A stretch of 63,217 nt of DNA, filler included, from Trichodelitschia bisporula (lineage: Eukaryota), in assembly GCA_010356995.1 (NCBI GenBank). It is 13 parts of 11 records of this genome, joined end to end, with 100 filler letters (N's around TTAATTAATTAA, not from the genome) between each part and the next. Parts side by side here need not be neighbours in the genome. Positions count along the whole stretch, not along the records: positions 24,307 to 28,298 come from ML996695.1; positions 28,399 to 30,599 come from ML996695.1; positions 30,700 to 31,929 come from ML996697.1; positions 32,030 to 47,621 come from ML996699.1; 9 more parts are not named here. One strand, given 5' to 3'. Position 1 is the first letter of the stretch; each line of letters starts with the position of its first letter. Shown in pieces: positions 25,439 through 35,139 of the stretch. The notes under the pieces were generated by a model. The model was given only the letters and a program-made list of their open reading frames with translations. It made no database searches and was not told the DNA's origin. The position numbers were made by a program, and so were the translations under genes.

Positions 25439-27055
25439 TGTTGGAATTCGGTGGCTATGTTCAGCCTTACCCAGGTTCAGCCACAGGGCTCGAGTACAAG
25501 TAGACTCGGGATCCCCACCTCTTTGACAATTAAGCAACTTGTTCATGGACAGACCTTCGGTCCAACTTGTGATGCAGTGACGTTCCTGTTGATCACGCAT
25601 CACCTTTCAACAGGTTATGAGCCCGGAATGCTTAATCTACACAACCAGCTATGTATTCCTACAAAATGAACAAAGACCTCGGGTTCGCTCCCCTTCCTCT
25701 GACCTCGGCATCTTCGTGAAGGACAACGTGTACATTGCCGTGTACGTCGACGACCTGTTGATTGCCGGTGCCAGCTCGGAAAACATCGGAAAGCTGAAGG
25801 AGGCTCTGAACAGCCGCTTTGAGATGTCGGACCTTGGACCCTGCTCATACTACCTGGGCATGTCTATCAGGCGGGACAGGAGCAAGCGCGCCATCCACCT
25901 TTCCCAGCACGGCTATCTGGAAAAGGTCCTGAAGGATTTGGGATGTGGGAGTCAAAGCCAGTCCTGACGCCGATGCAAGAGAAAATGGAACCAGCACCGG
26001 AAGCCTTTCAGTCTACGGAGGTTGCGAAAACCGGGTACGCCAAAGCCATCGGCTCGCTGATGTACGCCATGCTCGGCACCAGACCCGACATCGCCTTTGC
26101 TGTGTCCGCGTGTAGCCGGGACGCGTCAAACCCAACCAAGGCACACATCTAGGCTGTGAAGCGGATCATGCGATACCCCAGAGGCCCCATCGACTTGGCT
26201 CTCGTGTACAAGGGAAGCCTCAAACCCCTTGTCGGCTACACGGACAACGACTGGGCCGGGGACTTGGGGACTCGGCGTTCAACGGGAGGCTACGTCTTCA
26301 ACATCGGAAGCGGAGCAATCAGCTGGTCTTCGAAGCGACAGGCCACCGTTGCACTTTCATCCTGCGAAGCTGAGTGCATGGGGCAAACTCAGGCCACAAA
26401 GGAAGCAATCTGGCTCCAGGCACTCCTCGGCGAACTCCAAGCAAGGGAGGACCTCACCACCACGGTCATCTACGGCGACAACCAAGGAGCAATCGCCCTG
26501 GCCAAGAACCCGCAGTTTCACCCGAGAACAAAGCACATTGGCATTCAGCACCACTACGTCAGGGAGAAGCAGGCATCTGGAGAGATTGACCTCCAGTACA
26601 TCCCGACAGAGAAGCAGGTTGCTGGTGGCCTTACAAAAGCCTTGCCGAAGCATCGCTTCGAACAGATCAGGGAGGCATTGGGTCTTGAATGGGCTTGCAC
26701 CAGGTGAGGGGGAGAAGGGAACCATGAGGATCGATCTGTCTGCCGCCCCTCCTTGTGTAAGTCCAGGCACTCTATCCCTCACAGAGGGTTTTAACGAGGC
26801 CTGGCCGTCTGTCCATGTGGGAGCTTCGTGTCTTTGTGAGCGTACCCCTCGCATTTTCACTGGGTTTCGTCTGAGGGGGAGTGTTGGAAAGCGGTGGCTC
26901 TGTTCAGCCTTACCCAGTTTCAGCCACAGGGCTCGAGTATAAGTAGACTCGGGGTCCCCACCTCTTTGACAATTAAGCAACTAGTTCATGGACAGACCTT
27001 CGGTCTAACTTGTGATGCTGTGATGTTTCCATTGACCACACATCTCCTTTTATCA
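25439..27055 (+). mobile_element. Internally deleted Ty1/copia retrotransposon with family A LTRs (25439-25612, 26882-27055)
   Basis: 5' LTR, then PBS GGTTATGAGCCC; RT YVDDLL, FEMSDLG, GSLMYAMLGTRPDIAF; RNase [11 protein letters not shown]...[25 protein letters not shown]; frameshift and stop; gag/PR/IN absent; flanks CTCCC/GCGGG do not form a TSD. Confidence 0.92.
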
Positions 27056-28298
27056 GCGGGCTCGTCAACGCGCGCAACAGCGTGTGTAACTGGAAGGGCA
27101 GAGGCGGCATTGCGACCCCCGACGGCAAGCGCGACCGCTGGCACGTCGACGAAGCCGGCGGACTAGTCGACAGCCTGCAGCCCGGCGCGCAGAGCAGCGG
27201 GTGGATCAAGCGCGTCGTCGACCTCGTCCGGAAGCAGCTGGCCGACGGCGAGGAGTGGGGGATCGAATGCATCAACTCCGCGCTGGTGGAGCAGATCGCG
27301 CGCACGCTACCCGTTATCGCTGAGGACGGCGAAAGGAAGGGCCTGGAGAAGTTCGTGGTTGATACGCTGCGCACCTAGGCGGGGCGCAAGTGGGGGGGCG
27401 CGCGTGTGGTAAGGCTGGTGGAGCGCATCGTTAAGCGCCTCGTCTGGCAGTGGTATCAGGACTTGTGCGTGCGGCCCCGTCAGCGCCCGCTGCCTGCGTA
27501 CACGCGCCCCCAACTGCCGACTAGCCTTGCTGCTCCGCCCGCGCCTACCGTGCTGCCGTTCCACACCTTCACCGCCCCAATGTCCGCCGCGCAAGTCCGG
27601 TCTATCTCGCGGCGCAAGTCCGGTCTTTCTCGCAGCGCAACGGTCTGCGCATCTCAACCTCCACGCTCAGATCCCTCTGGCTCCCACCGACCGTGCACCG
27701 CCCGCCCCCGCCCCCCGCCCCACACCTCAACGTCGGCTACATGAGCAGCGATTTCAATAACCACCCGTTAGCGCACCTCATGCAATCTGACTTCGGCCTG
27801 CACGACCCGACCCGCGTACGCGCGTTCTGCTATGCGACGACCGCGAGCGACGGCTCCGTGCACCGCGCGCGGATCGAGCGCGAGGCGCCCGTATTCCGCG
27901 ACGCGACGCTCTGGTCCGTCGAGCAGCTCGTCGCGCAGATCGTGGCCGACGGTATCCACATCCTCGTCAACCTAGACAGATACAGGCGGGTCGCGCGCAA
28001 CGAAGTCTTCGCGGCGCGCCCGGCGCCGACTCAAATGTCCTTCATGGGCTTCGCCGGCACGCTAGGGGCGGAGTGGTGCGATTACCTGCTGGCTAATGAA
28101 ACGGCGGTTCCGCCCTCCATGCTGCAGCCGTAGCGAGAGAATGTAGGTGTTAGAGATCTTGCGGAGGATGGGTATTTTGGGGGGGTGGGGAGTGGGTGTA
28201 TGGGGAGAACGTGGTTTATTGCAAGGAGACGTTTTTTTGTCGTGATCATGCGCAGAGTGCGCCGGATGCGGGGGGGCAGCAGGTGGGGTGGGAGGAGG
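27056..28298 (+). pseudogene. Partial second copy of OGT (corresponds to ~15961-17178)
   Basis: Collinear with the OGT gene; TGG>TAG at 27376 and 28131; ~23-bp tandem duplication at ~27590-27635 shifts frame; starts exactly at the LTR end. Confidence 0.93.
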
Positions 28299-28489
28299 NN
28301 NNNNNNNNNNNNNNNNNNNNNNNNNNNNNNNNNNNNNNNNNNTTAATTAATTAANNNNNNNNNNNNNNNNNNNNNNNNNNNNNNNNNNNNNNNNNNNNGG
28401 GGACGCGGGAGACGGCGACGGCGACGGCGACGGCGAGAACGTGATCAGGGACGAGGACGAAAACGACATCTCATCGTGCCTGCTGCGGA

Positions 28490-30599
28490 TTAGCTGATGG
28501 TGTAACGTTGCGGAGTAGCTACGTACCATGGAGGCTCTGTAGTGATGTCGGCTCCTGAGCGCATATGGGCGAGCCACCCTTCTGACCCCTCTCGATCATG
28601 GTGACCGCTTGGAAGGGACGTTCGTCGTATCGAGACAACGTGCTCCATCAATTCGATCGCTTCGTCAACCCGGCCGTCCTTGAAGTATGCAGTGGCGAGT
28701 ACGTGCTGCGATGCAAGACGGCTTGGATCATCTTCCCGTAGCACTTTCGATTCGATTGATCAATGAAGACATCACAGCATCATAAGTTGGACCGAGGGTC
28801 TGTCCATGAACAAGTTGCTTTATTGTCAAAGAGATGGGGATCCCGAGTCTACTTGTACTCGAGCTCTGTGGCTGAACCTGGGTAAGGCTGAACACAGCCA
28901 CCGCTTTCCAACAAGATGATCCAAGCCGTTTATTATCGCAGCACGAACTCGCGAGTGCATACCTTGAAGATGGGCGAATAGGCGAGGCGATCGATCTATT
29001 TGAGCGCATCGTTGCAATCGAATCGAAAGTGCTATGCGAAGATCATTCAGACCGTCTATCATCGCAGCACTCACTCGCGAGGGCATATCTTGCAGACGGG
29101 CGAATAGGCGAGGCGATCAAGCTTTTCGCGCAAGTCGTTGCACTCATCCCCTTTCAACACATCTTCCCGTAGCACTTTCGATTCAATTGCAACGACTTGC
29201 GCGAAAAGCTTGATCGCCTCGCCTATTCGCCCGTCTGCAAGGTATGCGCTCACAAGTGCGTGCTCCGATACTAGACGGTCTGAATGATCTTCCCGTAGCA
29301 CTTTCGATCGGATTGCAGCAACGCGCTCGAATAGCTCGATCGCCTCGCCTATTCGCCCGTCTTCAAGGTATGCGCTCGCAAGTGCGTGCTGCGATGATAG
29401 ACGGTTTGAATGATCTTCCCGCAGCACTTTCGATTCAATTGCAACGACGCGCTCGAAAACCTCGATCGCCTCGCCTATTCGCCCGTCTGCAAGGTATGCC
29501 CTCGCGAGTTCGTGCTGCGATGCTAAACGGCTTCGATCATCTTCCCGTAGCACTTTCGATCGGATCGCATCGACTTGCGCGAGAAGCTTGATCGCCTCGC
29601 CTATTCGCCCGTCTTCAAGGTATGCACTCGCGAGTTGGTGCTGCGATCCTAGACGGCTTGGATCATCTTCCCGTAGCACTTTCGATTCGATTGCAACGAC
29701 GCGCTCGAATAGCTCGATCGCCTCGGCTATTCGCCCGTCGCGAGTGTATGCGCAGGCCAGGACATACTCCGAAGTAAGAGTTGCTGCATCATCTTCTCCG
29801 AAAATTTGCTTTCTTCATTTGAAAACTTGCTCAAGCCAGTATATACACTCCCGGAATCTCCCATCCCACATAAAGAAGTGCCCAAGCAGCTGGCATTGGG
29901 TGTAATGGCTGGCCAAGTCTTCGCCCTGAGCAGATTGAGCAACTTTTAACGCGTGGGGCAGGTATTCTCGACACATCGGCATGTTGTCGTAGTTGATTGC
30001 AGCATCTGGAAATACCCCCGCAAGGTGCTCCACCGCCTTCTTCCGCGCCTCCTCTTTCTCAAGGGGATGCTTGTCAAGCCAAATCTTGGTCGCCTTTTGC
30101 ACGAGTCTGTGCATATCGTACGTGTCCTCACTCCGTTCAATGAAGAAAGCGTATCCAAGAAGGGTACCAATAGCCCTCACCAGTTGTTCTTCGGGCGGCA
30201 CTAGGGGCAAGATCGACCGAGGTATTGCCTTTGGCTCGATGTAAGACACGAAGGCAAGGAGGTCGACAGCTGTTTGATCCGTCAGGCGAATTTGATCGAA
30301 CGACACAATCCATGTGTTTGCAATGGCGTTTGGAGCGCCCCGGGGTCGTGTGAGGTCGAGGAACTCGGCGCTCATGAGATTGGACAGATCTTGGTCGGTA
30401 TTCCTCAGGAGGTGCAAATATCTGGAGATCGACAGCTTGTTTCTGCTGAGGTAGGCTGCTGCTTGTGCGATCGCCAAAGGGAGGAATGCCAGTTCAGTCA
30501 AGAGCTCGTCCGTGATCGAAGGGTTGGAAAGCAAGGTTTTGTCAAGCAAGGAATTTGCCAAAAAGTCAAGCGAGTCTCTCTTGCTCATTTCACCCAGTG
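28490..30599 (-). pseudogene. NB-ARC-TPR NLR with ~8 conserved 42-aa (126-bp) TPRs; disrupted by nonsense codon, solo LTR and inversion; 5' end in spacer
   Basis: LAFLPLAIAQAAAYL and YDMHRLVQ motifs; repeats EDxxxRLxSxHxLAxAYLxDGRIGEAI...KVLR; in-frame TGA at 29815-29817. Confidence 0.9.
28757..29159. mobile_element. Solo LTR-A split by a 386-bp inversion (28757-29142); reconstructed TSD CATCT
   Basis: LTR body reversed at 28757-28913, ~1.8 TPR units reversed at 28914-29142, missing LTR tail CTCATCCCCTTTCAACA at 29143-29159 followed by CATCT; AGATG (rc of CATCT) at 28914. Confidence 0.9.
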
Positions 30600-30699
30600 N
30601 NNNNNNNNNNNNNNNNNNNNNNNNNNNNNNNNNNNNNNNNNNNTTAATTAATTAANNNNNNNNNNNNNNNNNNNNNNNNNNNNNNNNNNNNNNNNNNNN

Positions 30700-30975
30700 A
30701 ATCACATCGAACGGCATCGAATGCCAATTGTCCATCGTATGCCGTGACACTCTCCCCCAGGACGCGGCCGATCCCAATAGCTACACGCTCGGCCGCGTTG
30801 GCGAACACAATACGGTCATCATGGTCTTGGGGCTGACGGGCACAAACTCGGCGGCCTCGGCGGTTGCTCAAATGAAGCCAGCTTTCACTTCGGTTCAATT
30901 CGGCGTCTTGGTCGGCATCGGAGGCGGTGTGCCGAGCGCAAAAGCCGACATCCGGCTTGGGGACGTTGTTGTTTG
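30700..30975 (+). pseudogene. PNP_UDP_1 (nucleoside phosphorylase-like) NLR effector domain fragment, truncated by LTR-A
   Basis: DPNSYTLGRVGEHNTVI...GTNSAASAVAQM...GVLVGIGGGVPSAKADIRLGDVVV. Confidence 0.88.
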
Positions 30976-31149
30976 TGTTGGAAAGCGGTGGCTGTGTTCA
31001 GCCTTACCCAGGTTCAGCCACAGAGCTCGAGTACAAGTAGACTCGGGATCCCTATCTCTTTGACAATTAAGCAACTTGTTCATGGACAGACCCTTGGTCC
31101 AACTTATGATGCTGTGATGTTTCCATTGATCACACATCCCCTCTTAACA
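30976..31149 (+). mobile_element. LTR family A copy (no TSD: GTTTG/CATAC)
   Basis: TGTTGGAAAG...CTTAACA, 174 bp. Confidence 0.92.
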
Positions 31150-31929
31150 CATACCTGCAGCGCCTCGGCGAGCATGGGCGGGTCGCCCTCGTCACCCGGG
31201 CCCTGGCTGAAGTACGCGGGGTCGTCGCGCTCCGCAGCGTCGGCCTTCTCACGCTGATCGATGCTCAGCTCCAGCGCGTCGTGGCGTGGGCGTTTGCGCG
31301 CCTCTTCCACCACTCGCGCGTCAACGTCGGGGAATTCCTGGCACTCATCGCGGCCATGCTGACGCGGCTCGTGGAGTTGTCCCCGGCGGCGGCGTCATTG
31401 AACGTGCGGGTCTGCATTTGCGGTGGGGCTTGACATATATTGTTGGCTCATCGTCTGACTGGACGGGTGGCTGGACGGTCTGGTGAACAGTGGGCTGGAC
31501 ATTTTGGACCACGGTTAGCTGGACCTGGGTAGCTTGAACCTGAGCGGCTGACCCGATCTGAACGGTTGGCTGAACCACGGGCTGCTGGACCGTGACTGCT
31601 GGTCGAACCTGAGCAGGCTGGACCGAGCGGTTGGCCGAGTCTGAACAGGCTGCTGGACCTGGATGACAGGCCGGACCGGCTTCCGAGCCGTCACTTGGAT
31701 GCTGCCTAGTATGTCCGGCGCTGGCGTCATCTGGGGCTTCGGCTCCACCTGAATCGTCTCGCCCTGGGGCGGACCTTTGCCATGTGGCGTAGACACACGC
31801 CGCACCGGCGGCATCACGACATGGGCCGTCTTCCGCGGCTTCTCGGCCACAGCGGGATAGTGGTGCGCAACATGGGCCTTGTCGGAGACCAGCCTTGTCG
31901 AACAGGCTCAACCGGAGCGGCTCGCGGGC
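31150..31929 (-). other. Fragment of an unidentified Q/V/P-rich gene; its 31150-31420 part is duplicated (inverted) at 60521-60795 with the same LTR junction
   Basis: Both copies encode VEEARKRPRHDxLELSIDQREKADAAERDDPAYFSQGPGDEGDPPMLAEALQ ending in CAG|GT immediately before LTR-A. Confidence 0.6.
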
Positions 31930-32029
31930 NNNNNNNNNNNNNNNNNNNNNNNNNNNNNNNNNNNNNNNNNNNNTTAATTAATTAANNNNNNNNNNNNNNN
32001 NNNNNNNNNNNNNNNNNNNNNNNNNNNNN

Positions 32030-32984
32030 GTATTCTTGCTATGGCCTGGCCCGTACAGACTTTCCGTGCCATGTGGATGCCGCCCCACTTAATCAAAGAG
32101 CCTGGGTACTGCAAGAAAGAGTGTTATCTCGCCGAACTCTTTATTTTACTGGCAACTGCACGTACTTTGAGTGTGGCGTTGGCGTATATTGCGAAGACCT
32201 TACCAAACACACAAAGTGAGGTTCCATTTGACACTTTTTTGGGGGTTTTTTTCCCTTGCAAGTTTGACTAATTAATTTTAGTGTTTTTGTCAGGTCGTTC
32301 TTTCTTGCGGACCCAGAATTCCCCCGACGGCTCCGTGTCTCGGGCTACGGTCGCAGCCTTGACTTCCTTCAGTACCTTTTTAAGAAATATGCACAGTCCG
32401 AACTCACCAAGGAATCGGATAGGAACATGGCAATTCGGAGCTTGATGGATCGAATGGGACGTGTCTTCGTCACTGAGCATAGATACGGTATCTTCGCATC
32501 GTTCCGATTTCGGCTCCTTCTCTGGCGACCTGACCCCGGAAACGACAATGGGCGACATGTTGTGGATAATCAGGAGTTGCCCTCGTGGTCTTGGATGACA
32601 TATTCCCGAATCCGTTTCTTCGACACCACATCTCCGGTTCTCCATGTTCCAACGGACGCGGCCCTTACATTTTCTCAGAATCCATGTGTATTGTTCATCC
32701 GGGTTAGAAGGCTCAAAGACTGCACAACGGAACACGAAGGACGAGAATGTTCTATTCTGGATGCGAAAGAGGAGCCTGTCGGGGTTGTGTGGTTTGATAC
32801 TATGACCAGGAGCAACATTTCTTTGCAGGAATGTGTCGTTGTTGGGAGGGAAGCCGGTGATTCTGAGATGACTTACATTTTGCTCGTGGAAGTTTTCTCG
32901 AAGAATTCATATAAAAGGGTTGGGGTCGGGAAGATCAAGGCGCGCTGTATATCCGAAAGATATTGGAACGGAGAGCTTTCCTGA
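32030..32984 (+). CDS. HET-domain (PF06985-type) protein, 3' portion
   Basis: PLNQRAWVLQERVLSRRTLYFTGNCTYFECG (HET C-terminal motif); intron ~32216-32293; KYAQSELTKESDRNMAIRSL, RLLLW, LPSWSW, YKRVGVG. Confidence 0.85.
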
Positions 32985-33018
32985 GCTGTCATGGTTGAGA
33001 TAATCTGAAGTGCGACAT

Positions 33019-33450
33019 TGTCACGGCTCACGGCCAAGCAATTTAGCTCCAGGCTGTCAGGGTACACTTGTCTGGTCACGCGGGCTCAATCCAAGTTGTG
33101 GGGAAACATGAAGTTATTGCTACAAGGAATGAAAGTCTATGTGGGCGCGCGCTTAATGTTGGCGTCGCGGTATCGTGAGTTCTTGGCGCCGGTTCGGACT
33201 CAGCCCGGACCGGGCCCGGATCCCCGTCGGCGCCTCTAGTCCATGTACTTACTGTCAAGGTTCTGGCACCTGCCCGGGCCCACGGGCCGCGGGAGTCCCG
33301 GCGGCCTAGCCCGGGCAGAAGGCTGGGGGTACGCAAAACCCATATGGTCGCGCGCGCCGGCGAAGCGAATTCCTCCTCCTTAAGTTTAGGAAACAACGTT
33401 TGCCTTGAGGCTACCGTTCACTTGCCTTGTGCACTCTGCCTACCGTGACA
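33019..33450. mobile_element. Probable LTR (432 bp), no TSD
   Basis: Perfect 8-bp terminal inverted repeat TGTCACGG...CCGTGACA; flanks GACAT/TTAGG; single copy in window. Confidence 0.5.
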
Positions 33451-33992
33451 TTAGGACCGGCTTAGAGCGCCGCTCCTTGGAGTGAACCGAGAGCCTTCAA
33501 CTCCACTTTCATATCACACTGTCAGATGTGGGACTGCAAGAGTTCAATGGTCTGAAACAACTTAGATTACTCGGTTGAGGAGAGTAAGTCCTCCGGAGGG
33601 CTTCCGGACTATCTACTCGAGGTGGGAGGTGCGGTGGCCCAAGCTCCCTTGCCAAGCGCGCGCGTGGGAGCCGCGTCCACATGCGCGGTGCACCACGTGC
33701 CAGGTGTCTTACCCTGACCGGATGTGAAGAGGTTCGCTGCTGCCTGGATATCGGGGTATAGAGGTGTTTTTGGCTGCCAGTGGTTGGGAGGATTCCCAGC
33801 AATTTGTCTTCGAATCTCCTCGTTTGCTGCATTTTTGAAGACGTGCTCTCGCAGTTGTGCTTTTTTTCTCCTCCTCTCAGCTTTGAGGGCGCTTTGATAT
33901 GCAAGATCGGCAAGGTTGTACTGCCGGTGAAGATTAGGGAAATCCTAGGCCGCACGCTTGATGATTAACCCAGCCTTGTAAATGGCGTCTTT

Positions 33993-34231
33993 TGTCATGA
34001 GCTAGCCCATCAGGGCCCGTAGGGGTGGCGTCCCTGGCGTGCCAAACGGACACGCGGGAAAGGACCCTGACAGGGTCCTGTTGCCTTGATGGATGTCTGG
34101 CTTGCAAACCTTTCGCGCGCGGCTGCAACCTATAAGCGCAGCCTCGCCGCTCTGTAGTCTTCTCTCTTCAATCGACCTCTCGGTTTCCCATACCGCGCTG
34201 TATTCATGATTCTCGTCGTTACCCCGTGACA
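33993..34231. mobile_element. Solo LTR (family D, 239 bp) inside the Captain, TSD TCTTT
   Basis: TGTCA...TGACA; removal restores the frame KARNVAKDAIYKAG. Confidence 0.85.
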
Positions 34232-34496
34232 TCTTTGGCGACATTCCTTGCCTTCAGGAGTGGAGCAAGAGAAGGTAGAGCCTGAACACTGGGCCCTAGA
34301 TGCCGTAGGACGAGATTGGATGCTTGGGCACGCGGGTTCCGGCTCGCGGTTTGGTGTGACAACAGCTCGATGGTCTCATCCTGCGGTTCATCGCCGGCAA
34401 AGCACGCCTGTATATCCGACTGGATGAAAGTATTGATATAGGCTTGAAATGCATGCGTTTGGCGGTGTCCCATAAGCTGGGAGAGCTGTTGCTCAG

Positions 34497-34637
34497 TGTT
34501 GAAATGAAGTGTGAACTTGACTGAGTTGCTTAATTGACTAGCAGTGGGAAGTGAGCTGGCTATATATGTCGCCAGGAGACGACTCTTGTCTCCTGGCTCC
34601 ACTCCAGCCACCCCAGGTTGCCGCCACAAATTCAACA
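34497..34637. mobile_element. Solo LTR (family B, 141 bp) inside the Captain, TSD CTCAG
   Basis: TGTTGAA...TTCAACA; second copy at 61704-61794; removal restores IGTEQQLSQLMGH. Confidence 0.9.
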
Positions 34638-34931
34638 CTCAGTTCCGATTTCTAGATATTATTAACGCGAATCATCACTTGTGAGGGTAGATACTAACTT
34701 TCAACCATCTCTCCTACACCGCGCCGAATCATGTAGGGTGTCGGAGTGACCCCGAAACCAGCCTCTGCCCCAAGACGTTGCATGTAGTGAAGAAATGAGG
34801 GCTATGAGAAGGGTTTCCTGCTCTCCATGTCCTTGCTGCCATTTTTAGCTTGCCGGAAGATTGGAATGCCATTCATTTCCTGCCGCCAGGGGAGGTCTAG
34901 CTTCGCAAGGTGATTTGGGATTGTAAGGTTT

Positions 34932-35139
34932 TGTCATGGTTGGCTCTTGACACCTACGTGAAGCCGCGCTAGGCAAGCGCGGCCCAAGAAGATGGAGCTG
35001 GAACAACATTGTCCCGCGACCCTCGTGCACATACAACCTGAGACTGCAAGCCCACACACACCTTCTCTCTTCATCGAAGTATTGTAGTTCATAGGCAATG
35101 CAAATAGGCAATTCACGTGCACTCGCTGGCCCAGTGACA
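34932..35139. mobile_element. Solo LTR (family C, 208 bp) inside the Captain, TSD GGTTT
   Basis: TGTCA...TGACA; removal restores IQNLTIPNHLAKLDLPW. Confidence 0.85.

Noticed and set aside
29160..29800. Regular 126-bp repeats as a CRISPR-like array
   Set aside because: Contiguous coding TPR units with no unique spacers, in a eukaryotic genome
33520..33720. A fourth LTR-like insert near the Captain 3' end (TGTCAG...CTGACC)
   Set aside because: Termini imperfect and no TSD found, so it was not called; it makes the Captain C-terminus uncertain
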